Source of the DNA: a bacterium
GTDB lineage: Bacteria; Zhuqueibacterota; Zhuqueibacteria; Residuimicrobiales; Krinioviventaceae
Direction of reading: 5' to 3'
Assembly: GCA_963693055.1 (NCBI GenBank)
Contig: OY843751.1
Coordinates: 6,144,001 to 6,208,000 of the forward strand
Length of the DNA: 64,000 nt
Each line of letters opens with the position of its first letter. Position 1 is the stretch's first letter. The notes beneath the pieces were generated by a model that was not told the origin of the DNA, did not search any database, and was given only the letters and a program-made list of their open reading frames with translations. Shown here one piece after another: positions 31,777 through 42,758 of this stretch. The position numbers were made by a program, and so were the translations under genes.

Positions 31777-32265
31777 ATGAAAAAGAATGTTTTATTTTTT
31801 TTGTTGTTCTTGCTGTTTTTTTCCTGTTCAACCAGCAAAAATCCTATGAATCCTGTAGGGGCGGAACCGGAAAAGATAGATTTCTCACAGTTAGAGATCC
31901 ATTATCGGATTGTGAACGGGTGGTCAAGTTCATATACACTTGATATGTATTCGGATGGATCGGTCATTGCCAAAGAATTGCAACATGCAAATTCTCAGAA
32001 TGTGTTGGACAGTGCATATACGACACTGGCTGATAATGAAAAAAAGTCATTGTCGGAATTGTTTGGGTATTTTCAATATTTTGATTATAGATATTTGCCT
32101 GAGGAAATTTATACAGACCAGGATGGTCATCGTATCATTTTTTTGCATCAGGATAAGGCCGATACGGTAAATGCATATATGCCCGGATCCTGTCAATTAC
32201 CTGACCAATTACGTTTTATTTTCAACGAACTTCAAGATCGTATGTTTTCCATGTTGAATGAGTAA
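31777..32265 (+). CDS. Hypothetical lipoprotein
   Basis: Lipobox FFSC after a hydrophobic stretch. Confidence 0.7.
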   Translation: MKKNVLFFLLFLLFFSCSTSKNPMNPVGAEPEKIDFSQLEIHYRIVNGWSSSYTLDMYSDGSVIAKELQHANSQNVLDSAYTTLADNEKKSLSELFGYFQYFDYRYLPEEIYTDQDGHRIIFLHQDKADTVNAYMPGSCQLPDQLRFIFNELQDRMFSMLNE

Positions 32266-32270
32266 ATGAA

Positions 32271-32297
32271 AAAACGACCCTTATAAAGGGTCGTTTT
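32271..32297. terminator. Bidirectional intrinsic terminator
   Basis: AAAACGACCCTT-ATA-AAGGGTCGTTTT between convergent genes. Confidence 0.85.
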
Positions 32298-32310
32298 AGT
32301 AATCAGATTG

Positions 32311-33195
32311 TCAGGCTACATCGGCAATTTGCTTGCGTAAAAAATCCAAAGCAATTGGCAGTTGTTCATCCATGTTTTCCCAACCACATTCCAGAGACAT
32401 TCTTCCCTTGTAGTTTATTTTTCGAATGGCTTCAAGGTAAGGTCTAAAATCTTGCTGCCGTTTACCCGGCCACATCCGTTCTTCTTTTTCAGCAATATGG
32501 GTATGGTTCACCATGCTCCCGGCTTTCAGAATCACCTCAGGGGGGTCATTCTCCCGCATCATGTGATAAACATCTAACAGAACCTGTATGTTGGGATGAT
32601 TGGCTTGCCTGGCAATTTCCAGTCCCTCTGCCAGGGTATTGATGAAATTGGTTTCACCACTATTCAAATGTTCAACCGCAATAACAATATCATATTTTGC
32701 TGCCAAAGGCCCCATTCTTTTCAAGAGATCGACAAATTGTGCTGTGGCTTTTGATTTTTCAAAACCATCCGGGATTTTACGAGAATCACCGCTGCCAAAA
32801 ACAATTGTTTTTGCGCCGCTGATTTGTACCCGTTTAAAAACTATTTCTGAATAGGCCAGTATTTTGTCCACATCAACCTGTTCACCAATCGTTTTAAGCG
32901 AACCGGGGAGAAAGCTACGAAATGCAGGCAGATGCATGTTTATCTGTTTCAAGGTCTCTAAATGGGCCAGAAAATCCGATTCCGGTTTGCCGGGTTTGGT
33001 AAAGGGTCCTACAGATGCTTCAAAATAATTATAGCCATGTTTCTTTAGCAGTGGCACGTTCTCAAGCCTTGTGCACACCCCAATCTCGGATAAAAATCCT
33101 TTTTCAGCCTGTGATTTTAAACAATTTGCATTCAATATTATGGGTGCTGCTCCGCAAACTCTAATAGTTTTTAATGCTTGTCGTCTGGTTATCAT
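32311..33195 (-). CDS. Sugar phosphate isomerase/epimerase (xylose isomerase-like TIM barrel), Tat signal
   Basis: TRRQAL; E.LN..E, D.YHM, H.HIAE, SLEC metal ligands. Confidence 0.85.
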   Translation of the reverse strand: MITRRQALKTIRVCGAAPIILNANCLKSQAEKGFLSEIGVCTRLENVPLLKKHGYNYFEASVGPFTKPGKPESDFLAHLETLKQINMHLPAFRSFLPGSLKTIGEQVDVDKILAYSEIVFKRVQISGAKTIVFGSGDSRKIPDGFEKSKATAQFVDLLKRMGPLAAKYDIVIAVEHLNSGETNFINTLAEGLEIARQANHPNIQVLLDVYHMMRENDPPEVILKAGSMVNHTHIAEKEERMWPGKRQQDFRPYLEAIRKINYKGRMSLECGWENMDEQLPIALDFLRKQIADVA

Positions 33196-33212
33196 AACAA
33201 AAACCCCAAATG

Positions 33213-33887
33213 TTAGTCTGGTAACCGTTTGATTTTGATTTCCTTAAAATACCAGATGCTGTTCGCATCATGTGCCTGAATTGCAATTGCACCACCGTTA
33301 GGATCCAGCAATCGATGTTTACGGCTTTCAACCCGCTCAGGATTTTCAGGTTCGGTATAATCCATTATCAGCTCATCGTTGATTTTGGCAATGATACGTT
33401 TCCCCTCAACTTTGATATAGAGTTTAAACCACTGGGTTTCATCAACCGGAGATTCGTGAATGTCTTTAATAGCATATAAACTTCCGGTTTTTCGGGGATC
33501 GTTTTGAGAGTTATTCAACTGGATCTCATATCCTTTACCCAGATGTTTGGCTGCATCGCGTTCAGAGTAATCGGTATGAAAAAAGATTCCTGAATTGGAA
33601 TTGGGTTCGCATTTGGAAATAATTTCCAATTCAAAGTTTTTAAATTTTACCAGTTCCTGGGTCTTTTCGTCTACATAGAATAAATGCGAACGAATGGTTG
33701 CAGAGGTATCGTGAACTACCAGTATTCCATCTTTGACATGGTATGATTCAGGGTTTACATTGGCTTTCCAACCGGTTAGATCAACCCCGTTAAACATTTG
33801 AATCCAGCCGTCATCACTGTTGTCAGATAGACAACCCACTCCTGAAAAAAGAAACACAATAAACACAATGGTTAATAGTTTTTTCAT
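33213..33887 (-). CDS. DUF1080 (3-keto-disaccharide hydrolase-like) lipoprotein
   Basis: FNG.DL.GW, NSGIFF, YEIQ, TGSLY, IAIQAHD, FKEIKIK. Confidence 0.88.
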   Translation of the reverse strand: MKKLLTIVFIVFLFSGVGCLSDNSDDGWIQMFNGVDLTGWKANVNPESYHVKDGILVVHDTSATIRSHLFYVDEKTQELVKFKNFELEIISKCEPNSNSGIFFHTDYSERDAAKHLGKGYEIQLNNSQNDPRKTGSLYAIKDIHESPVDETQWFKLYIKVEGKRIIAKINDELIMDYTEPENPERVESRKHRLLDPNGGAIAIQAHDANSIWYFKEIKIKRLPD

Positions 33888-34181
33888 TGCCAAACCCTTT
33901 CAGATATGAATGGAAAGAACGATAGTAAGTGATTTGTTTTGAGAATGGATAAGGTATAATATTAATATATAGAAATGCCGCACACATGCAATCTTTTTTG
34001 CTCGAAATTCTTGTATTGTGCTATTTTATAAGGAGAGAATTGAATGAAATATATGATATATAACCCAATGTTAATAACTATACTTGTCGTAATCTAATAA
34101 AATTATTGCAATAAACCCGAATTATATTCATATTATAAAAATCCGGAATCTTGCCAAAAGATAAAAGGACAAAATCATATT

Positions 34182-35633
34182 ATGATTAAAACATCAATGG
34201 CTTCGTTTACCCGTCGTGAATTTATAAAAAAAGCCTCGCTTTCTACTTTACCCTTTTTAATGTATTGTAATACCTTGAAAAAACAACCCAATGTTGTATA
34301 TGTGTTTGCAGATCAATGGAGAGCAAGTGATACCGGCTATGCCGGAAACAAACAGGTACACACACCCAATCTGGATAACCTGGCTTCCAAAAGTCTGGTG
34401 TTAACAAATGCCGTTTCCGGATGTCCGGTTTGCAGTCCATATCGGGCCAGTTTAATGACAGGACAGTATTGGCTTACCCATGGTGTTTTTTATAATGATA
34501 AACCTCTCAAACCCAGAGGAGTAACGCTTGCTAATGCATTCAAGCAGGCGGGGTATGCAACAGGTTACATTGGCAAATGGCATCTTATGGGAGTCTCTGA
34601 GGACTTGCCATATCCGCAAAACCGGCAGGCCCCGGTACCGAAAGATAAGAGAATGGGATTCGATTTCTGGAAAACCCGTGAATGTACGCATGATTATAAC
34701 CATTCATTTTATTATGATGAAAATGATGTAAAGCATACCTGGCAAGGCTACGATGCAATTGCTCAAACCCAATTGGCAAGCGAGTACATTGAAACCCATG
34801 CAGACAAGGGACCCTTTTTTCTCATGTTGTCGTGGGGACCGCCCCATGCTCCTTATGAAACAGCTCCCCAAAAGTACAGAGACATGTTTGATCCGAAAGA
34901 GATCAAGCTTCGTCCCAATGTACCCAAAGAACTTGAAGAAACTGCCAAAGCGGAAATTGCCGGTTATTACGCACACATGGCTGCGTTGGATGATTGTATT
35001 GCAGATTTGTTGGGCACAATAGAGAAAGGTGGTATTGAAAAGCACACCATTTTTGTGTTTACTTCGGACCATGGAGATATGCTGCGTTCACATGGTATGA
35101 CCAAAAAACAAAAACCCTGGGACGAATCTATAAAGGTCCCGTTTGTATTGAGGTACCCCCAGTTGCATGGTAAAAAAGGACAGGTTCTGGAGGTACCTTT
35201 TAACACACCGGATATTATGCCCACTTTGTTGGGCTTGTGTGATATACAAATTCCCAAAGCCGTAGAAGGTTCTGATTTCTCTGCTATATTCGCGGGGGCA
35301 CCGGCACCTGAGGAAGCTGTAGCATTGCTTAGTTGTCCTGTCCCCTTTCATCAATGGGGATACAGCAAAGGCGGCAGAGAATACAGGGGGTTGCGTACCC
35401 GTCGTTATACCTATGTTAAAGATCTGAACGGGCCCTGGCTGCTATATGATAACACGCTTGACCCATACCAGATGAACAATCTGGTTGATCACCCCTCTTA
35501 TCAGTCTATAAAAGCCAAGCTGGATGAACGCCTGCAACGAAAGCTTTTAGACACCCGTGACGCTTTTTTGCCGGGCCAGGAATATATGAAAAAATGGGGC
35601 TATGGTTGGGATGGCAGTGACGCACCAGATTAA
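34182..35633 (+). CDS. Cys-type sulfatase, Tat signal
   Basis: TRREFIK; PNV, CSPYRASLMTG (CxPxR), GKWH, PPH, SDHG. Confidence 0.92.
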   Translation: MIKTSMASFTRREFIKKASLSTLPFLMYCNTLKKQPNVVYVFADQWRASDTGYAGNKQVHTPNLDNLASKSLVLTNAVSGCPVCSPYRASLMTGQYWLTHGVFYNDKPLKPRGVTLANAFKQAGYATGYIGKWHLMGVSEDLPYPQNRQAPVPKDKRMGFDFWKTRECTHDYNHSFYYDENDVKHTWQGYDAIAQTQLASEYIETHADKGPFFLMLSWGPPHAPYETAPQKYRDMFDPKEIKLRPNVPKELEETAKAEIAGYYAHMAALDDCIADLLGTIEKGGIEKHTIFVFTSDHGDMLRSHGMTKKQKPWDESIKVPFVLRYPQLHGKKGQVLEVPFNTPDIMPTLLGLCDIQIPKAVEGSDFSAIFAGAPAPEEAVALLSCPVPFHQWGYSKGGREYRGLRTRRYTYVKDLNGPWLLYDNTLDPYQMNNLVDHPSYQSIKAKLDERLQRKLLDTRDAFLPGQEYMKKWGYGWDGSDAPD

Positions 35634-35656
35634 GTTTGTTAGATTAGAGGTAGTAT

Positions 35657-36295
35657 ATGAAAAGGAATTTGCTAAAAAACAACCATTCCATACAGACCAT
35701 AGTCATTGAAATTTTTTCAGTTGTCTTTGGGGTGTTGTTGGCCCTGGGAATTAACGAATGGCGGGAGAATCTTGCCAATCAGCAGGCTGTAAATGAAATC
35801 ATGCAAAACATTAAAAGCGAAATTGTATCCAATATTGATTTTCTTGAAAATGTATATGAAAACAATCGGGAAACGGTTCGGCTTGCTTCTGCTGACACAT
35901 TAGAAGAAAAAGTTGATGGAGACCGTTCCATAGTACCCGGTATTCAACTGCAGGAGACTGCCTGGAAGACACTCATGTCAACAGGGATTTCCCAGCATCT
36001 GGATTATGATACACTGTATCGTTTATCACAGGCTTATTCATTGCAAGAAAATTATAAAAAAGTGAGTCTGAGTCTGGTACAGGCGGCAATGAATACATCT
36101 GCATATACAGCAGCCAATAAAAGCACAATAGATAATGATTCGTTTACAAAGGAATTTTTGGATTATTTTACCATGATTGTCCAGATGGAAGCGCAGTTGT
36201 TAAAAAGCTACAAAGACCTGACGGTATATTTAGATATTGAAACCACAGAAAACATGCTTTTACAGGATTCAGTTCAGACAAACACGAAAAAATAA
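35657..36295 (+). CDS. Hypothetical protein with an N-terminal TM helix
   Basis: EIFSVVFGVLLAL..NEW pattern; GAGG SD. Confidence 0.65.
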   Translation: MKRNLLKNNHSIQTIVIEIFSVVFGVLLALGINEWRENLANQQAVNEIMQNIKSEIVSNIDFLENVYENNRETVRLASADTLEEKVDGDRSIVPGIQLQETAWKTLMSTGISQHLDYDTLYRLSQAYSLQENYKKVSLSLVQAAMNTSAYTAANKSTIDNDSFTKEFLDYFTMIVQMEAQLLKSYKDLTVYLDIETTENMLLQDSVQTNTKK

Positions 36296-36329
36296 TTCGC
36301 CTTCCACTGGCAAAAAAAAAGAGGGTACA

Positions 36330-37100
36330 ATGGTTATACGAAAGCGGTTTCATCCTATTATCAGAATTGTTTTACTTGTTGTAATTCTGATTGTTGTCTA
36401 TGTTATCAATAAACGAACCATAAATACATCAACTAATCCCAATTCCATCAGTGCGAAAGAAAAGGAACAAGGCTGGCAGTTGTTATGGGACGGTAAATCC
36501 TTTAATGGCTGGCGGGCTATATATGAATCGGATTTTCCCAAATCAGGATGGATTGTTGAGAATGATGCCCTGGTATGTTTGGGAGCGGACCTTCCTGATT
36601 CGCTGCGAGGCGGAGCTATTATTACAGTAAAGAAATACAAGAATTTTGAACTGGTGTTTGATTTTAAAATAAAACCCCATGCAAACAGTGGAATCAAGTA
36701 TTTTATCAATGAAGAGTTAAAGGCTTCACCCGGGCACGGTTTGGGGCTTGAATATGCAATTCTGGATGATTCAAACTGGCCCTATGATAAACCGGATTAT
36801 TTCAGGACTATGGGGTCGTTGTACGACATGGTCAAGGCGGTAAATAATAAACCGGTAAAACCTTTGGGTGAATGGAACCATGGCAGGATTGTAGTAAATG
36901 GTAACCATCTTGAACACTGGTTGAATGGTATGAAGGTGGTTGAAATTGAAAAAGGCAGCCAGGACTATTATGAACGATTGGCTGTAAGTAAATATCGTAA
37001 TATTGAAGGTTGGGGAGAATTTCTTGATGGACATATTCTGATTCAGGATGAAGGGCCACGTGCTGAATTCAGAAATATCAAGATCAAAGTTATTGATTGA
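36330..37100 (+). CDS. DUF1080 family protein
   Basis: LWDGKSFNGW, NSGIKY, GSLYD, EWN, FRNIKIK; start chosen at the ATG after GAGG. Confidence 0.88.
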   Translation: MVIRKRFHPIIRIVLLVVILIVVYVINKRTINTSTNPNSISAKEKEQGWQLLWDGKSFNGWRAIYESDFPKSGWIVENDALVCLGADLPDSLRGGAIITVKKYKNFELVFDFKIKPHANSGIKYFINEELKASPGHGLGLEYAILDDSNWPYDKPDYFRTMGSLYDMVKAVNNKPVKPLGEWNHGRIVVNGNHLEHWLNGMKVVEIEKGSQDYYERLAVSKYRNIEGWGEFLDGHILIQDEGPRAEFRNIKIKVID

Positions 37101-37244
37101 GCATTTATTGACCAAAGTGTTTGAGTGTGGTTACGTTGATAACTGGTTTTATTTGAGCGCGTTAGTTGTAAAATAGAAGTTTCTATTCAAGTTATAAATA
37201 ATTGTCAGCTTTATATCAGGGCCGGTTTGCAGGAGTGTTAATTC

Positions 37245-38981
37245 ATGTTTGGAATTCATTTAATTGATACGGCTGTCATTGTTTTATATTTTTGCCTCAT
37301 TTTATATGTTGGGGTTTTTGTCGGTTCTAAAAAAACAAAGAGTCTGAGCGAGTTTTTTATTGCCGGAGGGAAATGGGGAGGTGCAGTATCGTTTCTGTTT
37401 GTTTTTTCATCCGCTTTGGCAGGCAATGAGGCCGTATTGGTTAGCGGTAAAGCTTATCAGGTTGGATTGTCTGGTGTTTGGTACTGGTGGAATTTCCTTT
37501 TGGCAACCCCTATCTATTATCTGTTTTCTACTTATTTCAAGCGGGCAAGAGTATATAATGTTGCTGAATTTTTTGAGATGAGATATGGGCAAAAAGCAGC
37601 TCTTTTTTATTCAGTATTTGGGGGTATTGTTTCAATCTTTTTCATTGGTATTATATTGCTGGCTATTGGGAAAATATTAACTGGCTTTACAACGCTGTCA
37701 CTTCAAGCCTGTATATGGATGATTGTAGTAATTGTTAGCGCGTATGTCTTTAGCGGAGGATTGATGTCTGCCTTGTTGACTGATTTGATTCAGGGAGCAT
37801 TGATAATAATAGTCATGTTTATAATCATGTTCCCGGTTGTATGGAATGCTGCCGGAGGATTTCAAGCATTGCAGGCATTGCCTGCAGAAACATGGGACTT
37901 TGTTTCCGCTGGTATGCCTATGAAAAGCGTTATTGCATTGAATGTTTCTGCTATTGTAGGGGCTATTGCCGGCCCATGGATGCTGCCATGGATAGCGATT
38001 TCAAAAGATGAAAAAGCGGCAACCTTTTGCAGTTGGGGTAATTTTGGTAAACGAGTGGCAACATTACTATTTACATTGTATGGAATCATGTTTGCAATTT
38101 TTCTACCCAACTTGGCTGATCCGGAACAGGCGTGGGGTATTGCCATGTCTCAGATATTACCTGCCGGCGTGGGGATAACCGGCTTGTTTATATGTGCGTT
38201 TTTTGCTGCTGGTATGTCATCCGTTGATACATATGCTACTACTTCTTCATCAATGTTTATCGATTTTTTTTATAGACGGATTTTGAATAAAAATGAAACG
38301 ATGAAGCATTATCTTTATGTGTCCAAAATTTGGGCGGTAATTTCAATCATTATTGGAGCTGTATCTACCCTGTTTATTGATTCAATAGCAGATTATGTAA
38401 AAATTTGGATCACTTTATTGTCATTTATTGGGGTACCTATCTTTTTTGGAATATGGTGGCGTAAAGCTAATAGGCGCGGAGTTTGGATTTCTCTAAGCCT
38501 GGGTATGATAAGCTATTTATTGATCATGTTTGTGTTTACAGGTAATGGTAATGTGTTTGCGGATCGGGATGTTGCATTGCCTTGGGGTGTTTACATCCCA
38601 ACAGGGCTTGCCTTTTTCGGCATGCTGGCTGGAGGTTGGCTTGGTAAATCAGAAAGTAAGGTTTTGCTTGATCGTTTTTATACTATTATCAGTACGCCTA
38701 TTGGTCAGGAAAACCTGTTATTGCGAATTGGAATCAGGCTGCCATTTATGGGAGATGCTGGTAAAGTTTATGAGAGTGACGAATCTTTGGATGAGACAGA
38801 ACTGACCAGGCTGTATGATGAAAATGCAGTAAATAAAATTTTTGGTAAAAACAGTAGTATGGAATTTCGTTGTGAACCTACATTGCCTTGGTTCTATAAA
38901 GGTTTTTTTATTATGATTTTATCGTGTGTTGGGCTGGTATTCTTGACATGGCTGTTGACACGATTACTTTTTATTTGGTAA
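37245..38981 (+). CDS. Sodium:solute symporter (SSS) family transporter
   Basis: Multiple TM helices; FFIAG, EFFE.RYG, GG....TD..QG, AAGMSS. Confidence 0.88.
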   Translation: MFGIHLIDTAVIVLYFCLILYVGVFVGSKKTKSLSEFFIAGGKWGGAVSFLFVFSSALAGNEAVLVSGKAYQVGLSGVWYWWNFLLATPIYYLFSTYFKRARVYNVAEFFEMRYGQKAALFYSVFGGIVSIFFIGIILLAIGKILTGFTTLSLQACIWMIVVIVSAYVFSGGLMSALLTDLIQGALIIIVMFIIMFPVVWNAAGGFQALQALPAETWDFVSAGMPMKSVIALNVSAIVGAIAGPWMLPWIAISKDEKAATFCSWGNFGKRVATLLFTLYGIMFAIFLPNLADPEQAWGIAMSQILPAGVGITGLFICAFFAAGMSSVDTYATTSSSMFIDFFYRRILNKNETMKHYLYVSKIWAVISIIIGAVSTLFIDSIADYVKIWITLLSFIGVPIFFGIWWRKANRRGVWISLSLGMISYLLIMFVFTGNGNVFADRDVALPWGVYIPTGLAFFGMLAGGWLGKSESKVLLDRFYTIISTPIGQENLLLRIGIRLPFMGDAGKVYESDESLDETELTRLYDENAVNKIFGKNSSMEFRCEPTLPWFYKGFFIMILSCVGLVFLTWLLTRLLFIW

Positions 38982-39013
38982 AGATATTGTATTAAATCTC
39001 TGGAGTAGTAAAA

Positions 39014-40648
39014 ATGAAAATGGACAAAAGTATTCTTGTCGTTTCAGCAAGTGAAAAAGAAAGGCAATTGTTAAAAGCTGAACTGGAACTATGCGGATTT
39101 TGGAACGCTGTTTTCGTTGCAGAGAATAAAGAAACGGTTTCTGGTTTATTAACAAATAGCTCTGTTTGTCTGGTAATATTTGACATGATCAATAAAATAT
39201 CCCAAAGTAGTGAATTATTAATCCGGTTAGAAAATGAATTTAATATTCCCTTACTCAAAATTGCAAAAGCTGACGAAATGTCCGAGTCGGATGAAAACAC
39301 TATTACATTCCCCTTTGATTTTCAGAATTTTTTAAACAAAGTTAAACAATTCATTTTGCCCAAGGGTGAAGTGGACCTGGTAAAGATCCGCAGAAAGATC
39401 AGCTTTGAAGAAGAAGAATTGAGATACAAAGATCTATTTGAAAGGGCAAGTGATATTCTGTTACTGCTGGATTTTGATACGCATACTATTATCGATGCAA
39501 ATCAACAGGCTGTAAAGGCTTATGGCTACAGTCGTGATGAGTTGATTGGCATGAATTTATTGCATCTCATTCCACGCGAACAACACCTTAAGGTATTGGA
39601 AAATACGATCTTGATGAATAAGGAGAATATTGTTCTGTATTCAAGGGACCGTATTCATCAAAAAAAAGATGGCAGTCAAATTTGTGTGTCTGTAAGTGCC
39701 ACATGCATCGAGTACGGTGGAAGAAAAGTGTTTCAGGACATTGTGCGTAACGAAACAGACCGTATACATTATGAAAAGCGATTAAAAGAATTAAACCAGG
39801 AACTCAATTCCGCTAACCAAAAGTTGTTGCAGGAAAATATTAAACTTGAAAAAACACAGCATGAACTTGAAAAACGTAAAGAAGAGTTGGAAAAATATCA
39901 AAATCACCTTGAGCAGCTTGTAGATGAAAGAACTGAATCTTTAAAAAATGTTAATAAAGAGCTCAAACAGGAAATTCAGGAACGTAAAAACGCAGAAAAT
40001 GAACTTATAAACTCGTTAAGAGATAAAGAGGTCCTGATACGAGAATTGTATCACAGAACCAAGAATAATATGCAGGTTATTATCTCCATGATGCAGCTGC
40101 ACCGATATAGAACTATGGATAAGGCATTGACAACATTTATTGATGATATGGAAAAACGGATTTACAGCATGTCTTTGGTGCACCAAAAATTGTACGAGTC
40201 TGAAAACTTGTCTATGATCAGGTTTAATGAATATATCAAAGATTTGATACAACATTACAAGGCAAGTTTTAAAACAAAAGAGAGAAACATCAGTTTTACA
40301 CTTGATTTGGCTGACGTGAATGTATTGATTGATACGGCTATTCCGTGCGGAATTGTTATTAATGAATTGATTGTAAATGCATTAAAATATGCGTTTCCGG
40401 AGCATCAGTCCGGTGAAATCCGTCTGGTGCTAAAGGAAAAGTCTGATAGCATGATCCAATTGACAATAGCAGATAATGGGGTTGGTTTGGAAAAAGATTT
40501 AGAAATGGAGGATGTTTCTACTTTAGGTTTTAAAACAGTTTTTAACATTATTAAACATCAATTGCAGGGAGAATTGCTAGTTGAAAATAAAAATGGATTG
40601 TTATTTTGTATTACTTTGGAAAACGAACTTGATAATCCGAGGGTTTAA
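39014..40648 (+). CDS. PAS-domain sensor histidine kinase (HisKA_2/HWE-type) with a degenerate receiver-like N-terminus
   Basis: PAS (N..A...YGYSRDEL.G...KDG), coiled coil, ELYHRTKNNMQ, NELIVNALKYAF, DNGVG. Confidence 0.88.
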   Translation: MKMDKSILVVSASEKERQLLKAELELCGFWNAVFVAENKETVSGLLTNSSVCLVIFDMINKISQSSELLIRLENEFNIPLLKIAKADEMSESDENTITFPFDFQNFLNKVKQFILPKGEVDLVKIRRKISFEEEELRYKDLFERASDILLLLDFDTHTIIDANQQAVKAYGYSRDELIGMNLLHLIPREQHLKVLENTILMNKENIVLYSRDRIHQKKDGSQICVSVSATCIEYGGRKVFQDIVRNETDRIHYEKRLKELNQELNSANQKLLQENIKLEKTQHELEKRKEELEKYQNHLEQLVDERTESLKNVNKELKQEIQERKNAENELINSLRDKEVLIRELYHRTKNNMQVIISMMQLHRYRTMDKALTTFIDDMEKRIYSMSLVHQKLYESENLSMIRFNEYIKDLIQHYKASFKTKERNISFTLDLADVNVLIDTAIPCGIVINELIVNALKYAFPEHQSGEIRLVLKEKSDSMIQLTIADNGVGLEKDLEMEDVSTLGFKTVFNIIKHQLQGELLVENKNGLLFCITLENELDNPRV

Positions 40649-40746
40649 AAAAACGAGTCAGAAATAAAAGCAAGATCAATTTTTTTAACTGCTGAAAATT
40701 TCTCAAATTTTTTGTATATTTAAAAAATGATTTGAGGAAATGAAAA

Positions 40747-41514
40747 ATGGATTATAAATCTTTCTTAGCATTTGCAGCTGATACGGCAGTAAACGCGGGC
40801 AAATTGACCCTGGGTTATTTTCAAACCGGAATTCAACCGGATTTTAAAGCGGATGATTCACCGGTAACCGTTGCCGATAAAAAAGCTGAAGAATATATTC
40901 GAAATTGTATTGAAAAACAATATCCCGATCATGCCATTTTGGGTGAAGAGTTTGGTGAAAGCGAACACCAAAATGCAGCATTTAAATGGTATGTTGATCC
41001 CATTGATGGTACAAAATCTTTTATCAGCGGCGTGCCCATGTATGCGGTCTTGATTGGGTTGGAAATAGAAGGTGTTTCTCGCGTGGGTGCTGTTTATTAT
41101 CCGGGAACGGATGAACTCTTGTGTGCAGCGGATGGAGAAGGGTGCTGGTGGAATGGCAGACGGGCCTGGGTTTCGCAAAAAAAAGATCTTTCTAAGGCAA
41201 TCATTGCGCATGCTGACACAACAACTTTTGCACGGCAGAAAAAAGGCGAGGCATGGCAGCGTTTGCAGGATGCCGTTTATTACCGTGCGGGTTGGTGCGA
41301 CGCTTATGGCTACCTGCTTACGGCAACAGGGCGTATAGATTTGATGCTTGACCCGGCCATGAATCCCTGGGATTGCGCGCCTTTTCCTCCTATCTTCCGG
41401 GAGGCTGGCGGTTTTTTTGGAGACTGGCAAGGCAACGAGACAATCCTTCAGGATGAGGCATTGGGAACCTCTAAAATCCTGTTACCCCAGGTTTTGAAAA
41501 TTCTGAATCAATAA
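40747..41514 (+). CDS. hisN: Inositol monophosphatase family, histidinol-phosphatase-like
   Basis: PVT.AD..AE, GEEFG, DPIDGTKSF, WD..P. Confidence 0.7.
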   Translation: MDYKSFLAFAADTAVNAGKLTLGYFQTGIQPDFKADDSPVTVADKKAEEYIRNCIEKQYPDHAILGEEFGESEHQNAAFKWYVDPIDGTKSFISGVPMYAVLIGLEIEGVSRVGAVYYPGTDELLCAADGEGCWWNGRRAWVSQKKDLSKAIIAHADTTTFARQKKGEAWQRLQDAVYYRAGWCDAYGYLLTATGRIDLMLDPAMNPWDCAPFPPIFREAGGFFGDWQGNETILQDEALGTSKILLPQVLKILNQ

Positions 41515-41542
41515 GATTGGATTTTATCAAGAACCGGATATT

Positions 41543-42715
41543 GTGATGAATCAAGACTATATAAATATTCTACTAAAGTCGGAAAAGTATGTTGTTGGGT
41601 TAATGTCTGGCACATCTATGGATGGAATTGACGCTGCTCTGGTCAAGATTGTAGAAACGGATGATGGACAATCCTTTGAGTTGCTGCATTTTCTAACCAT
41701 ACCCTATCCCCCTGATATGCATCGACGTTTATCAGCGCTTGCCATTGCAGAAACCTATCCGGTAAATGATCTGGTTCAACTGAATGTAGAAACGGGTATC
41801 CACTTTGCTTATGCGGTGAAGGCACTTGTTCATGATGCAGGGATCAAGATGGAGGACATAGACCTTATCGGTTCTCATGGGCAAACTGTCAGACATTTAC
41901 CCCAAGCCAAACCCTTTCCGGCAACGTTACAGATTGGTGATCCTTCATATATTGCTCAACAAACCGGGGTCATTACAGTGGGAGATTTTCGTATGGCTGA
42001 CATGGCTGCGGGCGGACAAGGTGCGCCGCTTGTCCCTATGTTTGATTTTATGGTATTTGGGTCACCGGACAAGAACCGCGCCGTGTTAAATATTGGTGGC
42101 ATAGCCAATGTAACCATTCTGCCGGCTGGAGAAGATCTGGATAAGGTGCTGGCATTTGATACCGGTCCCGGAAATACAATTGTGGATAACTTGTGTAAAA
42201 CTTATTATGCAAGAGATTTTGATGAAAATGGTGAAATTTCTGCATGTGGAAAAGTCCATTTTGATATTGTGGATATCTTTTTAAAAGACAAGTACTTTGC
42301 TCAGGAACCACCAAAGTCCACAGGCCCTGAACACTTTAGCTTGAACAAATTTAATATTATCAAAGAGTTAGGGGTGCATGACAATATCTGCAACGATGAT
42401 GCAATTTCTACTATGACGTATTTTACGGCGAGGTCAATTTTTGAGCAGATACAGCATTTTTCACCAGTAAATTTGGATGAATTGTATGTTAGTGGCGGGG
42501 GTGTGAATAACTGTTCATTAATGCAGCATTTAAAAGATTTGTTTGGATCTGTGGAAATTTATACAACAGATAATTATGGTTTGTCGTCAGATGCTAAAGA
42601 GGCTATGTGTTTTGCAATTTTAGCGAATGAAACCCTGCATGGCGCGCAGGGAAATGTACCATCGGCAACGGGGGCGATCAGCCCGGTAGTGCTGGGGAAA
42701 ATATGCCTTCCATAA
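41543..42715 (+). CDS. anmK: Anhydro-N-acetylmuramic acid kinase
   Basis: GLMSGTSMDGID, GSHGQT, DFR..D.A.GGQGAPL, NIGGIAN, FDTGPGN, KEA..FA. Confidence 0.95.
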   Translation: MMNQDYINILLKSEKYVVGLMSGTSMDGIDAALVKIVETDDGQSFELLHFLTIPYPPDMHRRLSALAIAETYPVNDLVQLNVETGIHFAYAVKALVHDAGIKMEDIDLIGSHGQTVRHLPQAKPFPATLQIGDPSYIAQQTGVITVGDFRMADMAAGGQGAPLVPMFDFMVFGSPDKNRAVLNIGGIANVTILPAGEDLDKVLAFDTGPGNTIVDNLCKTYYARDFDENGEISACGKVHFDIVDIFLKDKYFAQEPPKSTGPEHFSLNKFNIIKELGVHDNICNDDAISTMTYFTARSIFEQIQHFSPVNLDELYVSGGGVNNCSLMQHLKDLFGSVEIYTTDNYGLSSDAKEAMCFAILANETLHGAQGNVPSATGAISPVVLGKICLP

Positions 42716-42758
42716 GTTTTATGGCTTAAATTTACTAAAAAAATACAACGAGGTCTTG